Shown here: piece after piece, positions 1-14,900 of the stretch
How positions within the stretch are numbered: the first letter of the stretch is position 1
Layout: each line of letters opens with the position of its first letter
NCBI GenBank assembly: GCA_010356995.1
Contig: ML996706.1
Location: 439,789-503,788 of the forward strand
Source of the DNA: Trichodelitschia bisporula
Lineage: Eukaryota
DNA: 64,000 nt
Direction: 5' to 3'
The notes under the pieces: model-generated
What the model was told of the DNA's origin: nothing
What the model saw: only the letters and a program-made list of their open reading frames with translations
The model's database searches: none
Program-made: the position numbers and the translations under genes

Positions 1-213
1 ATGGCTAGAGAGGTCGGAGTACATGCATGGTGGTTGTATTCACCTAGCTAGCTAGTGATCATCTAGATAGGCAGCATGCCGGCAGCTGGCATGATATGAG
101 GAGTACATAGACTGGAGACATATGTACAAGAGGATTCAGATCATGAAATGTGTCATCAGGCATAAGCCATAAAGGTCCTCATCAACCTCCCCACCATGCT
201 CCCGCTCACCGAT

Positions 214-2344
214 CTAGATGCAGCACGAGACCAGGAGGATGGCGTCGAAAATGTCTTTCAACGGCAGCTGCTTCTCACCAAGGTTGCGGTTGGCGGCCTT
301 GGCTGAATCGAGCGGATGCGCAATCCCGGTCTTCGGATCCCGTGAAAGTAGCTCCTCGCGGGGCGGCACGATAGGTGAGCAGATCGCATACACCCAAGGG
401 ACCATACAACCCCTAACGTAGGGAGCAAATGAAGTTGTCGGCCACGCGAGCCGCGAGATGAGGAAAATCAGGAGTGCCTGCCACTTGGGCAGCGCGATAG
501 CAGGAGAGTAGCCGGTCAACCCCTCAGGAGCGAAGGCCCGCATTGCGGTATTCACTGCACCGACCGTGCAGAAGAGGATGACTGCAGCGTGCATCCAGAT
601 CTGATCGTGCTCGACGAATGCGACTAGACGCTGGTGGAGACTAGCCCGATGGTAGCGGGAGCGCTCTCCCACCTCGGAGTGGAGGCGGCCGGAGGCTACG
701 AACTCACCCGAGTCGCCTTTAAGGCGAGCCGGGAGGCACGATTGCGCAAGTGATAACGCAAAGTCTCACCAGGTAAGCCGACGTGAAAGCATGAGAAAGT
801 ACGAGACTTACATGGATCCATCCACGCGTTACTGTTGCTATCACCAGTCAAGGGTCGAAGCCCGCCCGCGATTTGCAGCAGTGCCCATTGATGCGCAACC
901 CCAGCAAGTTTGCTAAAGGCCATAAGCCCAAACACCATGCGTACTTGCAACATATTTGTTGCAGAAACAAACGGCATTCCAGTGAAGATGACGAATGGCA
1001 TGCCGATGAACACGATGATGCGCAGCTGTAGGGTTACCGCAAGGGCCGACATCAAGGCTTCAACGATACGCGGTCCCATCTCCATCTTTTCAATGTCCTT
1101 GCAAGGGAACAGACGGAACCGAAGCTTCATGGCGGTCTGGAGGCTACCAATAGCCTAAGTACGCGTTAGCATAGTTCCATAAGAACGCTATATACTGCGT
1201 TCAGACTCACCCATCGTGTGCGTTGCTTAACATGCGCCGACAACGAGCGGGGGACGCTGCCCCACTGCAATTCCTTTCCGTCGGCGTACGCAATCTTCCA
1301 CCCAGCTCCACGGAGGAGCGAAGAGAAACAATTGTCCTCAGAAAGAGTATCCGTAGGAAAGCCATTGACGTCCTCAAAAGCTTTACGACGGACCACCCAG
1401 CCCGAACCGGTGCAATTGGCAGTCCCTGTGGCGTAGTTCACTTTCTCGACAAAGCAATAGACCTCGGAAAGATCTTGGCGCAATGGATCACCCTCTGGAA
1501 CGTCGTAAAAGTTCTTAAAATGTTAGCCTGCAAGAGTCACCTAGAACTAGGGGCTGCTTACCTGACGGGCGTTGACAAGTCCTAGTTCTGTGTCCGAAAA
1601 CAAATGCCGGACAACAAAGGCCAACCACTCAGGTTCCGGGATCATGTCTGCATCAAGACCGGCGATGAATTCACCGGCACCACCAGGGAGAGTTGCCACG
1701 AACTTCGCCCCGCAATTGAGATTGCCAGCTTTGAAATCCTTGACTTGGCCTTTGACGCGCGCCGAATAAAAGACGTTTTTACCCGCCTTCTGCAGTTCAT
1801 CCACGGCATGAGCTATGTCGCCAGAGCCGGCATCGTCGAGCACAACAACTCGGAAGGCGTGTCTAGGGTAGTGAAGCGCACAAGCAGCCTTGATGGTATC
1901 GATGACAACCTCAAAGTCCTCCCCACAGCACGGGATGAAGACATCAACAGTCGGGGCATTGACAAAGTCTAACGGCTTCACCTGCTTGATGTCTGGAGCC
2001 TTAGCCAGCGACCGAATGAAAAGCGCAATCCAGTCTGGGACTATAATTGGTAAGCCGACAACTTCTGTGCCATAAAAGGTTCACAAACCGATGTTGAAGA
2101 TCTCGACGAACAGTGGAATGAAGTCAGAGTAACCGTTTGCGCCACTAGCAGTGAGGCCAGTGGTGCAGATCCGAACGACTATGTATAACGTAGACACAAT
2201 GAGCTGGAGCAACGCAGTGTAGCGAATGAACTGCCACACATGTTTCGGAACAGGCGCCGGTGTAAGATCGGCCCGCAAAGCCGCAAGTGTCGAATCGTTA
2301 TCCATAGCTCCCGCTGAAAGCTTTCGACGCTCGAAGGTGTCCAT
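214..2344 (-). CDS. Processive family-2 glycosyltransferase (cellulose-synthase-like membrane glycan synthase), multi-exon
   Basis: Consecutive minus-strand ORFs carry the GT2 D,D,D,QxxRW motifs: VDVFIPCCGED, VLDD, KAGNLN, DADMIP, SED and QRTRW. Hydrophobic segments lie at both ends. A 47-nt intron (765-811, GTAAGT..GAG) restores the frame as WMDPYFALSL...FVASG. Confidence 0.85.
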
Positions 2345-4155
2345 TTCCTAAGCAGCGCATATTTGTTAGTAGCTTATTACTAGCGAAAACAAACATGCAT
2401 GTCAAGGGATAAACGATTCCCGGAAGTCTCCGAAACTTCACTACGGAAGAGCCGGTACACCGAGCGAACCCCGAATCTCCTAGTATTTCTAGTGCATGCA
2501 GAGTCGACACCACTTACCTGATCTGGCATTTCAACAAACGACCGATTGTTTGGAGCGCAAGGGCAGATGGAACAAAGAGAAAGACCGTGAAGAAGGCAAA
2601 TGTGGTGATGAAGTTGAAGGAGCAAGGTGGAGGCGAAAGAAGTGGGCGCGGGGAATCGTGCGCTGTCAGAAACGTATGACTGGTCCTGCATCGTGAGGAA
2701 GGCACAGGTAGTTCCCATAAGTGGAAGGCACGATGCTCGTGAACGTGAGGGAGCGGAATATCATCGTGGGGGAAAGCACGCTAGGTTGGGGGAGTGCGGG
2801 GGAGCTAGAAGGGAAGGAACGAAGGGCGGGTTGCAAGCAAGAGGCTGACGTGCTCGTGCCTGACTAGACTAGGACAGCACAAAGCCACACAAATAGCTGA
2901 CTGTCAGGCACTCGGAAGTTGATAACTTAACAGGGTCGAGGCATTCACAGTTCCTGCTCAGCCTTGAGGTAGTTTGATCGTCAGACCTTCTCGGCCTATC
3001 AACCCGTGCCACTGAGGCTTCGAGGTTAATGTGGGGATTGTTGCGCATCATCAGCCACAGCCGCTGCGAAGTCGTTCTACGGCTCGCCGCATACATATTC
3101 TTGTCCCTTTGCTTCGTATCTACTGTAATCGAGTGTTCAGCTTTTATTCGACTGCACGGGTAGCCTCAGTGCTGTTGTCAACTACCTGAACCCTATCATC
3201 AAACCCTTCACCGGCGTCCTCTCCCAAACACTCCAAGGGGAGCCTGGCATAGGCCGATGAGCTCCTTGCCACAACACTGAATACGGTCAACAAGCTTATT
3301 GAAACCATCAGCGAGCTTGCATAGAAGTAATGGTGACTGTAAAGGATAGTGTGGCAACCAACTGCGTCTGTACATACGCCGAGGCCTACGATGATGGTGC
3401 ACGGAAGTCTGTAGTTTGTGTTGTTGGTGATCTAGGGTCGTGCCCTTTAAGTCCAAAGCGACGAACCAATATGTTGACCTCGTCGATTTGTATTCGCCCT
3501 GTGATGTTCACCGAGGGCTTCTGTATCGAGACAGGTTGTCTCCTGGAGCGCCATGCTGTTGACCATATCGTGTATTTCAACGCGCCATGCCCATAAAGAG
3601 CGCGTACGCACACGGGCTATCAACAACTATAATGTAAGGTCTGGACCTCAAGCAAGACAAAAACCGTGTCCTCCAAGGATGCAAAATGCCCACGAACGGG
3701 TAAAAGGCCGAGAGGAGGTAAAGACTCCAGACAGAGACGGCTCTGAAGTGACGATAAAGTGTGTGGCTGCAGACGGCTGGCCCGGCCCTTGGCCCTGCAA
3801 CACTGACACGGGCCACCGTTCCCGCTCAACGTCGCGCAAGCAACCACCAATCGAGGGGGCTATCTTGGCCGCAACTCATCTGACTTCACATTGCGACCAT
3901 ACAGCGACATTGGGCTACTGTTTAAGCCCGGCAGCCTAGAAACAGCGCCGGAAGATGTACGTGACCTTATCGTCGATGTAGAAAAGCCTTCTTTCTCCAA
4001 CCATTGGCCTGCGAGCTCCCGGTCGGTTCTCAAAAGCAGGCGTGAAGCTCCTCTCGGCCATCTAATCTGCATTCAACTCATCGCATCTAGGCGCCTTTCT
4101 GGCTTTAGAACGAAAGCCATATTCGACTGGCTTCTCTCCGGGCGAAATAGCAAAC

Positions 4156-7100
4156 ATGGCACCCGCCAGGAAAGAAAAGGTCCAGAAACTCTGTACTCTC
4201 TGGTACAACGATGCGAACTTCCCCAATGAAGATGTAGTCATCAATCTCGATCGTTTTGCTGAGCTTGGCTTACGCGAGGGTTCGCTGGCAAAAATTGTCG
4301 CTTTTCATGAAGGCACCTCCGTACGAGACTTTCAGGACACTGCGCCGGCGTCGACGCGGAATACGGCATCGCGAGTGGTTACGGGCAACAGCCATCCACC
4401 AAGTGGAAAGGGCAAAAGCAGTACACACACTACCAAAACGTTCGATGAGCACGGAAACAGGACCGCCGTTGAGGATGACCAAAATCATGGTGCCTACGTG
4501 TTTGTTGTTAAGGATGCTCCGGCAGACTTGAAGCAAAGATACCCCGCTTTGCAGGTACGCTCCTCTGATGAAGTGATATCTTCTTGCTAATTTTCCTAGA
4601 TTTCCGTGAAGGATACAATTGCCAGTGTCTTTGGGTTTCGTAACAGGATGCGGGTCTACGTTGCTACTGTGCGTTACCAGATTTGTGTGCAGCGGGATTA
4701 AAGCTGATCCTGACGCTCTAGGCCGACGAAGAAGCGCACTCAGCCTCGCATGTTGAGATCACGTTCCGCAACGAGTATCTTGCACGTGGGGACATGTGGC
4801 AGCTTGCCATCTCGGAGCTGAGCCAGCGGGCAATCTATACTGACCAGAGACTTCTCTTCCTCGGGACCATCAAAGGTACTGTCAAAAATATCTACATCAA
4901 TGGCCAAAGGACAAAGTCAGGCTACTTTGCGGCAACCACGAAGCCCATATTTCGGAGTGAGTCGGCCAGATACATCCTGTTCATCCAGATGTCCAAGGAA
5001 ATGTGGGACTTTGACGTGGAAGGAAACGGAGAGATCATGTTCAACAAAGTCATAAACGGCTTTCTTCCAGAGCTCTTCAAGAATTGGATGTCAATAAACG
5101 CGCGTCACCTCGTCAGCATCATTCTCTTTGCGCGTCTTGAATATGATGATCAAATCCACAGTGGGAATACGGGGCCACGCCGTGCCGGGGATCTGCGGTA
5201 CGGGTCAAAAGACTTTTACCGAGTGGTGGTGAGCGAAATGGCCAGTGGCGACTGGATCGAAATCCTCTATCAGCTGAAAAAGGAATTTCGCACCTTCCTG
5301 CGAGACGTCTCCCTTCAGGAAACCGTTCGCTGGGCTCAGTCACCCGGCGGAGAGCCGGCCGGCATGGGTTCAACCGAATTTGTCATTGCGGGGAGGCCGT
5401 CGCCTGCCTCACGGGGCAATATACTTGAGGCTATTAACATGGCTTCGTCTCAGTTTTCAAGAGACTACATCGACCGCGACCTGGCACGGACCGGCATATC
5501 AGTCATTGTCATTTCAGCAGGTACCGGTGTATATGAGGTCGACTACAGTCTGCTCAAACTCACGACCGAGGCACTAATAGGTAGCGGAATCGGTATCGAC
5601 CTCGTTTGTCTCTCTGCAATGCCGCTGCATTCGGTACCGCTGTTCATGTACCACACACCAAAGGTGCTGGAGAAGACTCTGCCAACTGCCTCCCCTCCGG
5701 AATCGATGCCAGGAGGCACACCACGTCCGCACGATTCGTACTTATCGGGCGGCACACCCACAAACGGTGGTACGAAAGTCTCATCAACATCTTCCGAACC
5801 TGCGCTTGGAGAGTGGTCCTACGCCATGCCTCACTGGCTCGATATTTCGTTCTGGCGTGGTAGCGCGGATGAACAGCCGGCACCACTGCGTGCAGTCAAA
5901 TCCAAGCGACCGGCTGAGCCCTTACCGAAGCAACTCCGGCGAAAAGAGAGGCGCTTTGCATTGAGGTGTCGGCTGTACGAGCTGCAGATGATGGGTTTCA
6001 TGGAAAATGAAATGGCGAACATCTGTATTGCTCCGATCCATGAGCACCCATTGCACCCCTGGAGTAGGCTCCGTTATCATGTTGGCGGTCGACCGATTAC
6101 GGAGGATTCAAAGTCTCGGATCCTGCAACTCGACCGGGAATGGATGGAAGAGCACGATAACAACATATTTCGACCGCTAAAAGAGCGGCGGGCTATTGAG
6201 GAAGCCGCAAGGAAGCGAGCTCACCATTACGGCGCTAGTCTGCGCTCGAGCTTGGATTCGCGTCTTACGGACAGTTACACTGGGGGGAAAGCGGGAGTGC
6301 GAAGCTCAAGTTTTCGTCCTGGAACTGGCTTTCTGGAGTGGAAAATGGCAGAGAAGTCGCCTTCCAGGGCGGTTGTAACTCGGAGGTCAAGCGAGCTAAG
6401 CCTGATATCTGCAGCAGAAAGCTCCAGCTCCAAAGCCCCCAAGCTATCTCGTCAAGTCAGCTCAGGATCTTCGCTCTTTGAAATCCCAAGGGCGACCGCT
6501 AGCACGAGTGGGATCACTACTGCAACGAACATAAAGCCTGCCATCTTCACAAAATCCGGTGCTGTAGATACTGCACGATTCACGCAGCGCTTCAAGGCGG
6601 CGCTAACTCGCTCTGTGTCGCACCAGATTACCCCAGTTATTGAGCTTCCCCCCAAAAGCCCTGAGAAGCCATCGAAGCCAATCGATATCAATCTGTCGAA
6701 GGCGGCTGCTCAGGAGGACAATTCGCCTTCGACCACAGTCTCCGCCTCGGTTGAAACGCTGAAGGGTAGCGAGGAAAGATTGCTAACGTTGAGGAGGACA
6801 AATACTGAAGATTCTGGCGCCATCCTCTACGCCGCCACGAGCAGTCGGCGGACCGTTCCTCGTCCAGAACTCTCGACCAGCGGAGAAGCAGCCCGTTCGC
6901 CAGAGAAACTTACTCCGAGCAATGCGTTGGCTCCCTGGCTTATTCTCGTCAACCCATGCAATCCAACCAGGACGAACTTTCATGCCAGCAGCCAGTTTAA
7001 GCGATGGCAACACGTGTTTCCACGACATCTGCGTACGGCTTCTATGAAGTGGAAGTCGCTGTGTTCGCCTGCTTCAGTGCCGTTGACTAACGACTATTTT

Positions 7101-9410
7101 CCGACGGCCGAGCAACTGCAGTCGGAATATAATGAGAGTCCCTATCATCTCACTCAAAATGGCGACGAGGATGTCCACGACGGTCCGCTATTGCGCGAGT
7201 TCCTTATCAGGGAGTTGATCGCATTCCGCCTGTCACATGGGTTTCAGCTAGTAGTTGGCACTGAAGTGGCTGAATTCTTGGGCAGCAAGAAGACGGATCT
7301 CGCAAATATATTCGACCGGAAGTACATGGCTCGCGACGGGGCTACAGTATTTATGTCTCTTGGAAGTACCATCCACCAGCTCCTGTGCGCTCCCGGGGGA
7401 GATATTGAAATTCGCCGTTTCACGCGAAAACTAACGGCTGAAGTAGAGCAGACCGACGGCACCAATCCTCTTGTCTACCGGCCTTTCATCCGGACTGCCT
7501 TTGCTAACAGGTATGAGCCTCGCGAAATGACGTTGCAGCCACTCTCAAAGGACTACAACTGGAACTTCATTGACACGTTCATCGCCGGATACCACGACGA
7601 GTTCTCAGAGACGCTGCGCTTCTGGAGGGCACGCTTCGTGCTTATCCCGACCGAAATACCCTGGTCTGCGCATGGTTATCGCCGGCAGATGCAGACGCTT
7701 ACCGAAGACTCAGAGGAAGAGATGCGACTCGAAGGCATCCGGAAGCTGACCCAGGTGTGGCAGCGGTACCGAGTACTCTCCTCCGAGGAGCGGCAATTCC
7801 AATCGAGACGCCGGGTCAAGGACCCTAACCCGCTCGCCATTGAATATCAGACGCGTGATCCGTCGGCCGTTGTTGCGGCCGGGGCCGACAGTGCCGTGCT
7901 GGCAGATACCGATCCCGCCTTCACCTCCATGACGAATCTGTTCTCCGAAACTGAACCATACAGTACCAAATCGGTCGATCTGCGCAAACTCGCGCAAGAC
8001 CTGCAGTCGGAAAAGGGCATCCGCATGATGGACCGACGCTGGCATCTGCGACTACATTATAACTGCTTCGTAGGCTTCGACTTGACGTCGTGGTTGTTGA
8101 ACAACTTCCGTGATATAACGACGCGCGAGGAGGCTGTGGACCTGGGCAATGCGCTCATGAAGCAGGGGCTGTTTCAACACGTGCGCAAGGAGCACCAATT
8201 CCGCGATGGCAACTTCTTCTATCAGATTGCACCGGAGTACCGTGCGCCGCGTGCCGACTCTCGCTCGGCCTGGTTCGGTGCACGGCGCGGAGAGCGATCG
8301 GTTCCATCGACGCCGGCCGCAGGCGAGGCTGCACGCGGAGCGGCGGAGCGTACAGCATCGAGATCAGAAAAAGAAAAGTCGGAAGCCAGCTCGGAGAAAC
8401 CACCGAATAGCGAGGAGACGGCGAAACGCCGGGTCACACTCAGCCGCGTCATGCGATACGATGCTGACCCCCGAAAGCGCTCGTACAGACCCGAAGTTAT
8501 TAATCTGCACTACGATCGGTTGCACAATCCGGACAACTGCTACCACATCCGCATCGATTGGATGAACGTGACGGCCAAATTCATTGAGGATGCCATTTCA
8601 CAGTGGACGCAGGCAGTCGAAAAATACGGACTGAAACTCGTCGAAGCGCCTATGCACGAAGCATCCAAAATTGGGAGTCTGCACCCGTTCCGCTCGGCAC
8701 ATCTAATTCGGCTGGCCGTGCCGCCGCCCACGGCACCATCGATACCGTACTTTGACGCAACATCTTTCTCCCCACATGTACAATCCGACAAGCACGCCAT
8801 CCACAAAGCGCTCCTGCGCAAGCTCAATTTTGTGCTCGACGTCGAGGCTGCCTCGTCTTTCCCTCCTGATGTGGAGGTGACGTACTCGTGGGGAAAACCG
8901 GAGTTTCGCTACACACAATATATCCACAAATCTGGATCGTGCCTGGTGCAAATCACCGACGAAGGAGACTTTTTGCTCCTAGCGAACCGACTCTACAGTG
9001 ATCGTGTAGGAATGCGACGCGAAATATCCAAGTTCGACATCAACGAGCAGGACCGGCGACCAACAATGCCACCGCCTCAAGGCACTCGCAGTGGCGACTA
9101 CAACCCGATGTCTTCGCCGCTAGTCAGACCTGTTGGCGAACCACCGCTTCCATCAGTGCAGTCTAAGACGCCGACAGCCGAAGACGTGAAGGAAGAGGTT
9201 GAGGCGTTCTGCGGCAACGTAGCTAAGCTGACTGCCTTCTATGAAGAGCAGCTTCGCATGCCGCAGACGGTCGGTGTTGCGGTCAGTAGTCCGTACGTAG
9301 TACCCTCGGCCGGGATTGAAGGTCCAAACGCAAGCGTGTCTATCTTGACGCTCCCGCCGCGGACGGACGGGAGAGATTCGCCGGGGGTTGGGGCTGCGGG
9401 CACTGGGTGA
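4156..9410 (+). CDS. IML1: Vacuolar membrane-associated protein Iml1 (SEACIT/GATOR1 subunit, DEPDC5 orthologue)
   Basis: Introns 4555-4599 and 4669-4721 join the 4156 ORF to the 1538-aa ORF. Motifs: FRSESARY-LFIQMSKEMWDF, GN-LEAIN, WKSLCSPASVPLT, and a DEP domain (DRRWHLRLHYNCFVG...FRDGNFFY). Confidence 0.95.
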
Positions 9411-11959
9411 TGATGTGCGGCGATGATGCTCCGGTGCCCCCCTGGGAGGCGTTTGCTCGCGTGGAGGACCGGGGTGGGTGGTATATTACATGCTATGAAC
9501 TAAGACAGGCGAATATGGTTCGTTTCTGGGGCAGCACGCGAGATTCGCCTCTTTCCCAGAAGCCGAGCGCGGTATCCGCATTTTGCTTGTGAATATGTTG
9601 GAGAGAGGAGAAGAGGGGGAGGAAGCGAAATAAGGTTGGGCTCGAACTGGGGTGAGGTTTGATTTCGATGATGCAGGGCTTTTTGGGTCTTTTCGGCCGT
9701 GCGTTGGAGGAGCGAACTGATGGGTGTGTGTGGGTTTGGGTGGCCCACCAATGATGTTGACCAGCGTTTGCAGCGCGATCCGGCCGAGGTAAGTTGACGG
9801 GTGGCGGCTATTCACATCTACGACTGGCATTGTGTTTGTTATGACGAGGCCAGTGAAATGAGCCGCGGCTTTTCTGACGGGCTGCGACTTTGCAATTGAT
9901 TGAGCGTATCGCTTGCGAAGGATGTCTTCGTATTTACGTTGCTGTTACCATTCGGTTCGGGTGGTTGAGGGCGTGGTCCGCATCGCATCGCATTTATCGA
10001 TTGCGACCCGCCAATGGCGAAATGAGTGGTGACGGGCGATTGGGATGGGGAGGATAGCATGGCAGATTGGACCATGGGCAAGCGTGAACGACTACGAGGG
10101 GAACGGACGGGCTTCTAGAAGGGCTTGGTAGCACGGGTGTCGACATATTGGATGGGAGCTGGGGGTTGGGGGGTCGGGCCGGGTAACCACTCCTATTAAT
10201 ACCTGTACTGCTGCAAGACGGGACAGGCTCAGCCTTGCAGTGAGTCGGGGGAATCTCCGAGTGGTAGGTGAATCGCCGGCTGTCGCTTTTGGGGAGCGTC
10301 TTCTTTTTGGGCTAAGTTAGCGAAGGAGGGGTGGTAAGAGAGAGTGGAGGGATGAGGGATTATAGGATTAAATAATGCAGCAAGGCGAGCAAGTCTGTAT
10401 GTAGCTAATCGCTGGGCATCACACCCCTTCTCCTCCTCCTCCGATATCGTGGTTACCGTACAAATGGAGGAGAAGGGCAGACATGTGGCTGTGTGGCGCG
10501 TCTCTGTGTTCTGCATGTGTGCCATCTCGCACTGTACAGACATCTAGCAGGAGAAATAGGTGCAGGCTTCGTGCTTAGAGAAAGATAATTAGACAGTTGT
10601 TGATCCTTTAATGTCGCGTGTGCGTACATGGTCTTCCTCCGTTCCGTTATTGCTGGGAAGGTGATGAGAATTCGAGATGGGACAAGGAAATAGGAGCTTC
10701 GTCGTCTTTCGCTATGCACATGCTACTTTAACCATCCTATCCTGTCCGACTCCGTACTGCTTCTTTCGTCACTCTCGTCTCTTTGCTTCTCGCTCTCCCG
10801 CGTGTGATCTCCGCCGTCTCCCGGATCCACGTCCGATCAATCTCTCGTCTTCCCTCTTCCGTCCGGTGCATCGCCCATCCATACATCATAAGTTGCTCTA
10901 TTCCATCGCCATTCCCCATCCGATCCGTGATAATCCTCAAAAGAAGCCAGGACTCCCCCGGCTGCACGCGGGACTAGCCCATATCCCAAACTCCCACCAG
11001 TGCCCGATTACTTGTTGGCGCCAGCGCCGGTGCGGCACTGCCGGGCAGAGAAGCCGTCGAAGCAGAGCGCCCGTCTACACCGCATTTTCGCCCGCAGTCC
11101 AAAAAAGAGTCGGTTGGCAACGTTCTTTTCTTGTTTCCATTTTGCTCACGATCCCTCTTTCCTCTCTCTCCTACTCTCTCCCCTCTTTGTTCTTTCCCTT
11201 GCTTCTCGTTCCTCTCCCCTCTCCTCGTCGCTTCTTTTCTCTCCTCTCAATCCCCCCCCCCCTCCCCCCGGTCACATCACGAACGCGTCTTTTCATCCCG
11301 CCCATCGCCCCTCAGCCGCCTACTTTAGTCCTCTATACCATTGTCAGCCCCCCCTCCGTTCTCCACTCCATTGCCAGGATCGTGAGGTTGACTGTGGGCC
11401 TCTTAAGCACTCTAGACCTCTCTGAACGCATTTTCGAATATTCACTTGTCCCTAAAGCCGAAGCCATTCATGTCACCTGCGCGGTTGCCCTAGAAATAGG
11501 AATATTGCCGTTGCCCATTGATCCGTCGTCGCTCTTCTCCTCTCCCGCTTCGCTGGCCCGGGCCGACCATTGAGCGCTCCGTGGGAGGTACATATGCCAG
11601 CCTCACCACTATCACCACCAACTACAAACGCGCAATTCCCATTACTAGAGGTGGCCAGCATCACCTTTCTTTTTTCTACCCTGCACCCAAATCTTGCCAT
11701 GCGCCGATTTTCTTTTCGCAAGTCCAGCATCTTCGCTCCCGACATTTCCCTGGTCTGTCCGCGCGGTGCCGCCATCTTCGTCAGCATCTGAGGGTTGAGC
11801 AATCCTCAACCAATTCCCCGCACGTGCATGGCCACAAACGCATTATTGTCGAGATAGCCATCAAGAGCTCCCGTCATAGCTCCCGTGAGCTTGGCCCATC
11901 TGCCCCTCCTTCGTTCCTTCCACTCCTCATTTCACCTGGACTCCTCCCCACGTCCCGAA

Positions 11960-14900
11960 ATGATAGGCCAGTTGCTGCACTCACTCAGTCCCCGGCGAGT
12001 TGCAGCTGCTGTATCGCGCACGCCACTCGATTCCGTGACCGAAGACTCCCATACCACCAACTTGCTCTTCCCTGACGCGGCGTGTTTGCGCGATGGTGAC
12101 AACATCTCACACACCTTCCCCGGCTCTCCCGGTTTCGGCCTCAACAGCCTTGTCTCCGATTGCGGCCAGGGGGACATCGACCTCGAGTATCCTCGCGATA
12201 TCCGCATCCTGGTGGCCCAGGGCGAGTCCGGTGCATCAAACGAGGTCTTGCTGTTTGACTCCAAACCGAGCCCGCCTCTAGAGCTGCGTCCGAGGCATGT
12301 CCGTTCTTCCAGTAGGAATGACGTCAACTCCAAGGCTCCTCCGGCGCCTGCCGGTCGTCAACAGCCGGTCCGACCGTCGCAGGCCACGGCTTCCATCCCC
12401 GAGAGCCCGGACCGGCAAGCTTCCACCATGTTCGGGGGAGGAGCGTTTGCGCAGCGGGCACGTTCACGGCGCACCTCGGTTTCGACGTCAACGGGCGAGG
12501 ATGCTTCCAGTGCGCGACACAAGGATTCGGACGAAGTGGTCAAGATTGCCCTAGAATGCATGTTTGAGAACGCTTCCTCAAGTTACAAGGGCACCAGCAA
12601 CAAGATCCACATTGTGCCACTCGCGGTCAAACCCTTCGACCACTCGGACTTCAGCAGCTCACTAACCACGGACTTTGGCTCCATGTCCCTGGGCGCTCGG
12701 CCTGCTGTGAGACGCCCGAGCACGCTTTCCAAGTCACACACCCCCGGCGATGTACGTCCGGATTCCCCCAAGATGCGGAGAGGAAGTGAAGAGGCCGTGT
12801 ACTCCAGCGCTCGTCGACGTACTGTCCTCGTGACGCGCACCTTTTCTGTTTCTTGGAGCATGGAGGAACCGGAACCTACACTCGCACCCCCCGACCGTTC
12901 AAATGCTACTCCTGGCCAAACGGCCGAATGCACTGACTCGCAAGCTACCATCCGTCCCGCACGTACCAAGTTCTACAGGTCGCCTATGTACGCCATTACC
13001 GTCGTGCTCCAGCTCCCCGTTGCACCCGGAGAGACTACACCCCCGCCCTCGCGTGGCGTGTTCACACATCGCACAGCGCGCAAGGGGTCCGGCTCGCACC
13101 CCGGCCAGGTATCCCTTGGCTCGTCGTACGACTCGGAACGTCGGGCCGGATGGGCCATGTGTGATCCGCTGTTCAGTACCGATTCGTCCATGTCACTATC
13201 GTTCAGCAGCGATGTCGACGATCGCGTGGATCTCATCGGCCAGCACTGGGATATCATTATGCGCACACTGTCAGGCCTGCAGAGTCTTGTCCAAGCAAAG
13301 ATCCTGGAGCAGCTCAAGCCGCTAGCCCAACCACGGCGTGCCGGCACCATCAAGCTCCCTCCGCTTGCGCTGGTCCAGGACCAGAGCATCAAGAAGGCGG
13401 CAGCGGACGCGGGCGCCCGTATCGTCAGGGGAATCAAGATTCCGCGTGTGAAGACGGGCCAGGGGCGTTGGGGTATCTGGCGCGACGAGGCGCGGTGGCT
13501 AGGGAGGTGGGCTGGTGGGAAGGAGGAGAACTTCTTTTTCTACAACCTCATCACAGCCTTTTTGGGCACGCATACGGACTGGTTGAGCCTCATTGGACCA
13601 AAGACCTATCGGCGCCATTACCGCGAGCTGCATCGGAAGCACACCGCCGAGGACATACCGGTCGCTTCACGTACAATCATTGTGGCTGCGGACAAGATGG
13701 TAGCGCGAAGGCTGGTTTTCTTGCTTTCGGCCTTTCTTCCGGCAAATCACCCGTCGAGAGGGGATGCTTCGCCGTTGCGTCCGAGCACGTCAGCTTCGTT
13801 TCGGGCATATTCGCAATCACCGCCTTCGCACATGGCTCCCTCCCGACAGGAATCCCTCCGTCGAACCATAAACAGACGTGGCAAGGCAACTCTGTCAGGC
13901 AGTGTGCGGCATAGCTCAAGAAGTTCATTCACAACGGCAGCTGCTGATACGGACGACAGCCGGACGGAAACGGGGACTATACGCGGTTTCGAGGCCGAAG
14001 GCCACCACCGCCAGGGCTCGGAATCTAAGGCAATGCTGAGGTCCAAGCTGGTCCTGAACGAGGCAGACGCGGCTAGGCGCAAGAGCAGTGCGGCTACGGC
14101 TTCAACTGTCACTCCCGACGCCGCTGTTCCGGTCGCACACATTGCCTTTCAGCGGCAGCAGTCCAGCCCACGAATGAGTCTAGACGACAGCCCTGCGCTG
14201 GAAAACATGAGGAGCACGTTCCAACGCTGTAGCACAGGCAATACCACCCCGGCTAATGAATCCCCGGGCAGAAGATGGGGCAGCCTGAAGAATTTGTGGA
14301 GCGGAATGCGCCGGGAGTCGGCCACCGAATACAGCGACGTCATGCAAACGAGTGACGAGGCTCTCGGCGTTCCCGGCGCCCGTCCGTTTAACCAGTTTCA
14401 GCAAATGACCGACTTGCTCGATGAGACCAAGGCTGCTCTTGCGCGTCACCGGGACAATCTGGAGGAAGACGGGCCGTCCGCCGATCCCGGCTCCCCTAAC
14501 CTCTCGGCGACATCTGCCGATCAAGCGCCGTCACTGGAGCACCAGCCGGCGGGTCCGATCGACGTGCCGCTAAAGGTGTCGGTCAACCAGTCTGACGGGG
14601 TCATTGACGTCGAGATCCCGTTCCCCGACTTCGGCTCGCCCATGCAATCTCCGCCCCTGGCGCTCGCAGGGTATGCCTCGTCATCCAGTTTTGGCGAGTC
14701 TTCTTTCGGCGCTCCGCCCTCACTGTTGCCTTCACACCGTGACTCCGAGCACCCGCTCAACGTAGCCGGCTGGCTCCAACGCCTGCACCCGGACTTCAGC
14801 CTGCAAGCTGTCAAGCCCTATCCGGAGCTCGTCGCCGAAATTAAGGCTGCCATGTCCGCGGAGCCGAATCCGCACATCCCGCCGGTGCAGACCGACGCTA

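Noticed and set aside
672..811. Apparent frameshift/stop making the GT2 gene a pseudogene
   Set aside because: Resolved by a 47-nt intron (765-811) that restores a conserved-looking reading frame.
10677..11573. 298-aa ORF upstream of the FNIP-like gene
   Set aside because: Low-complexity pyrimidine-rich promoter/leader DNA with no protein-like features.
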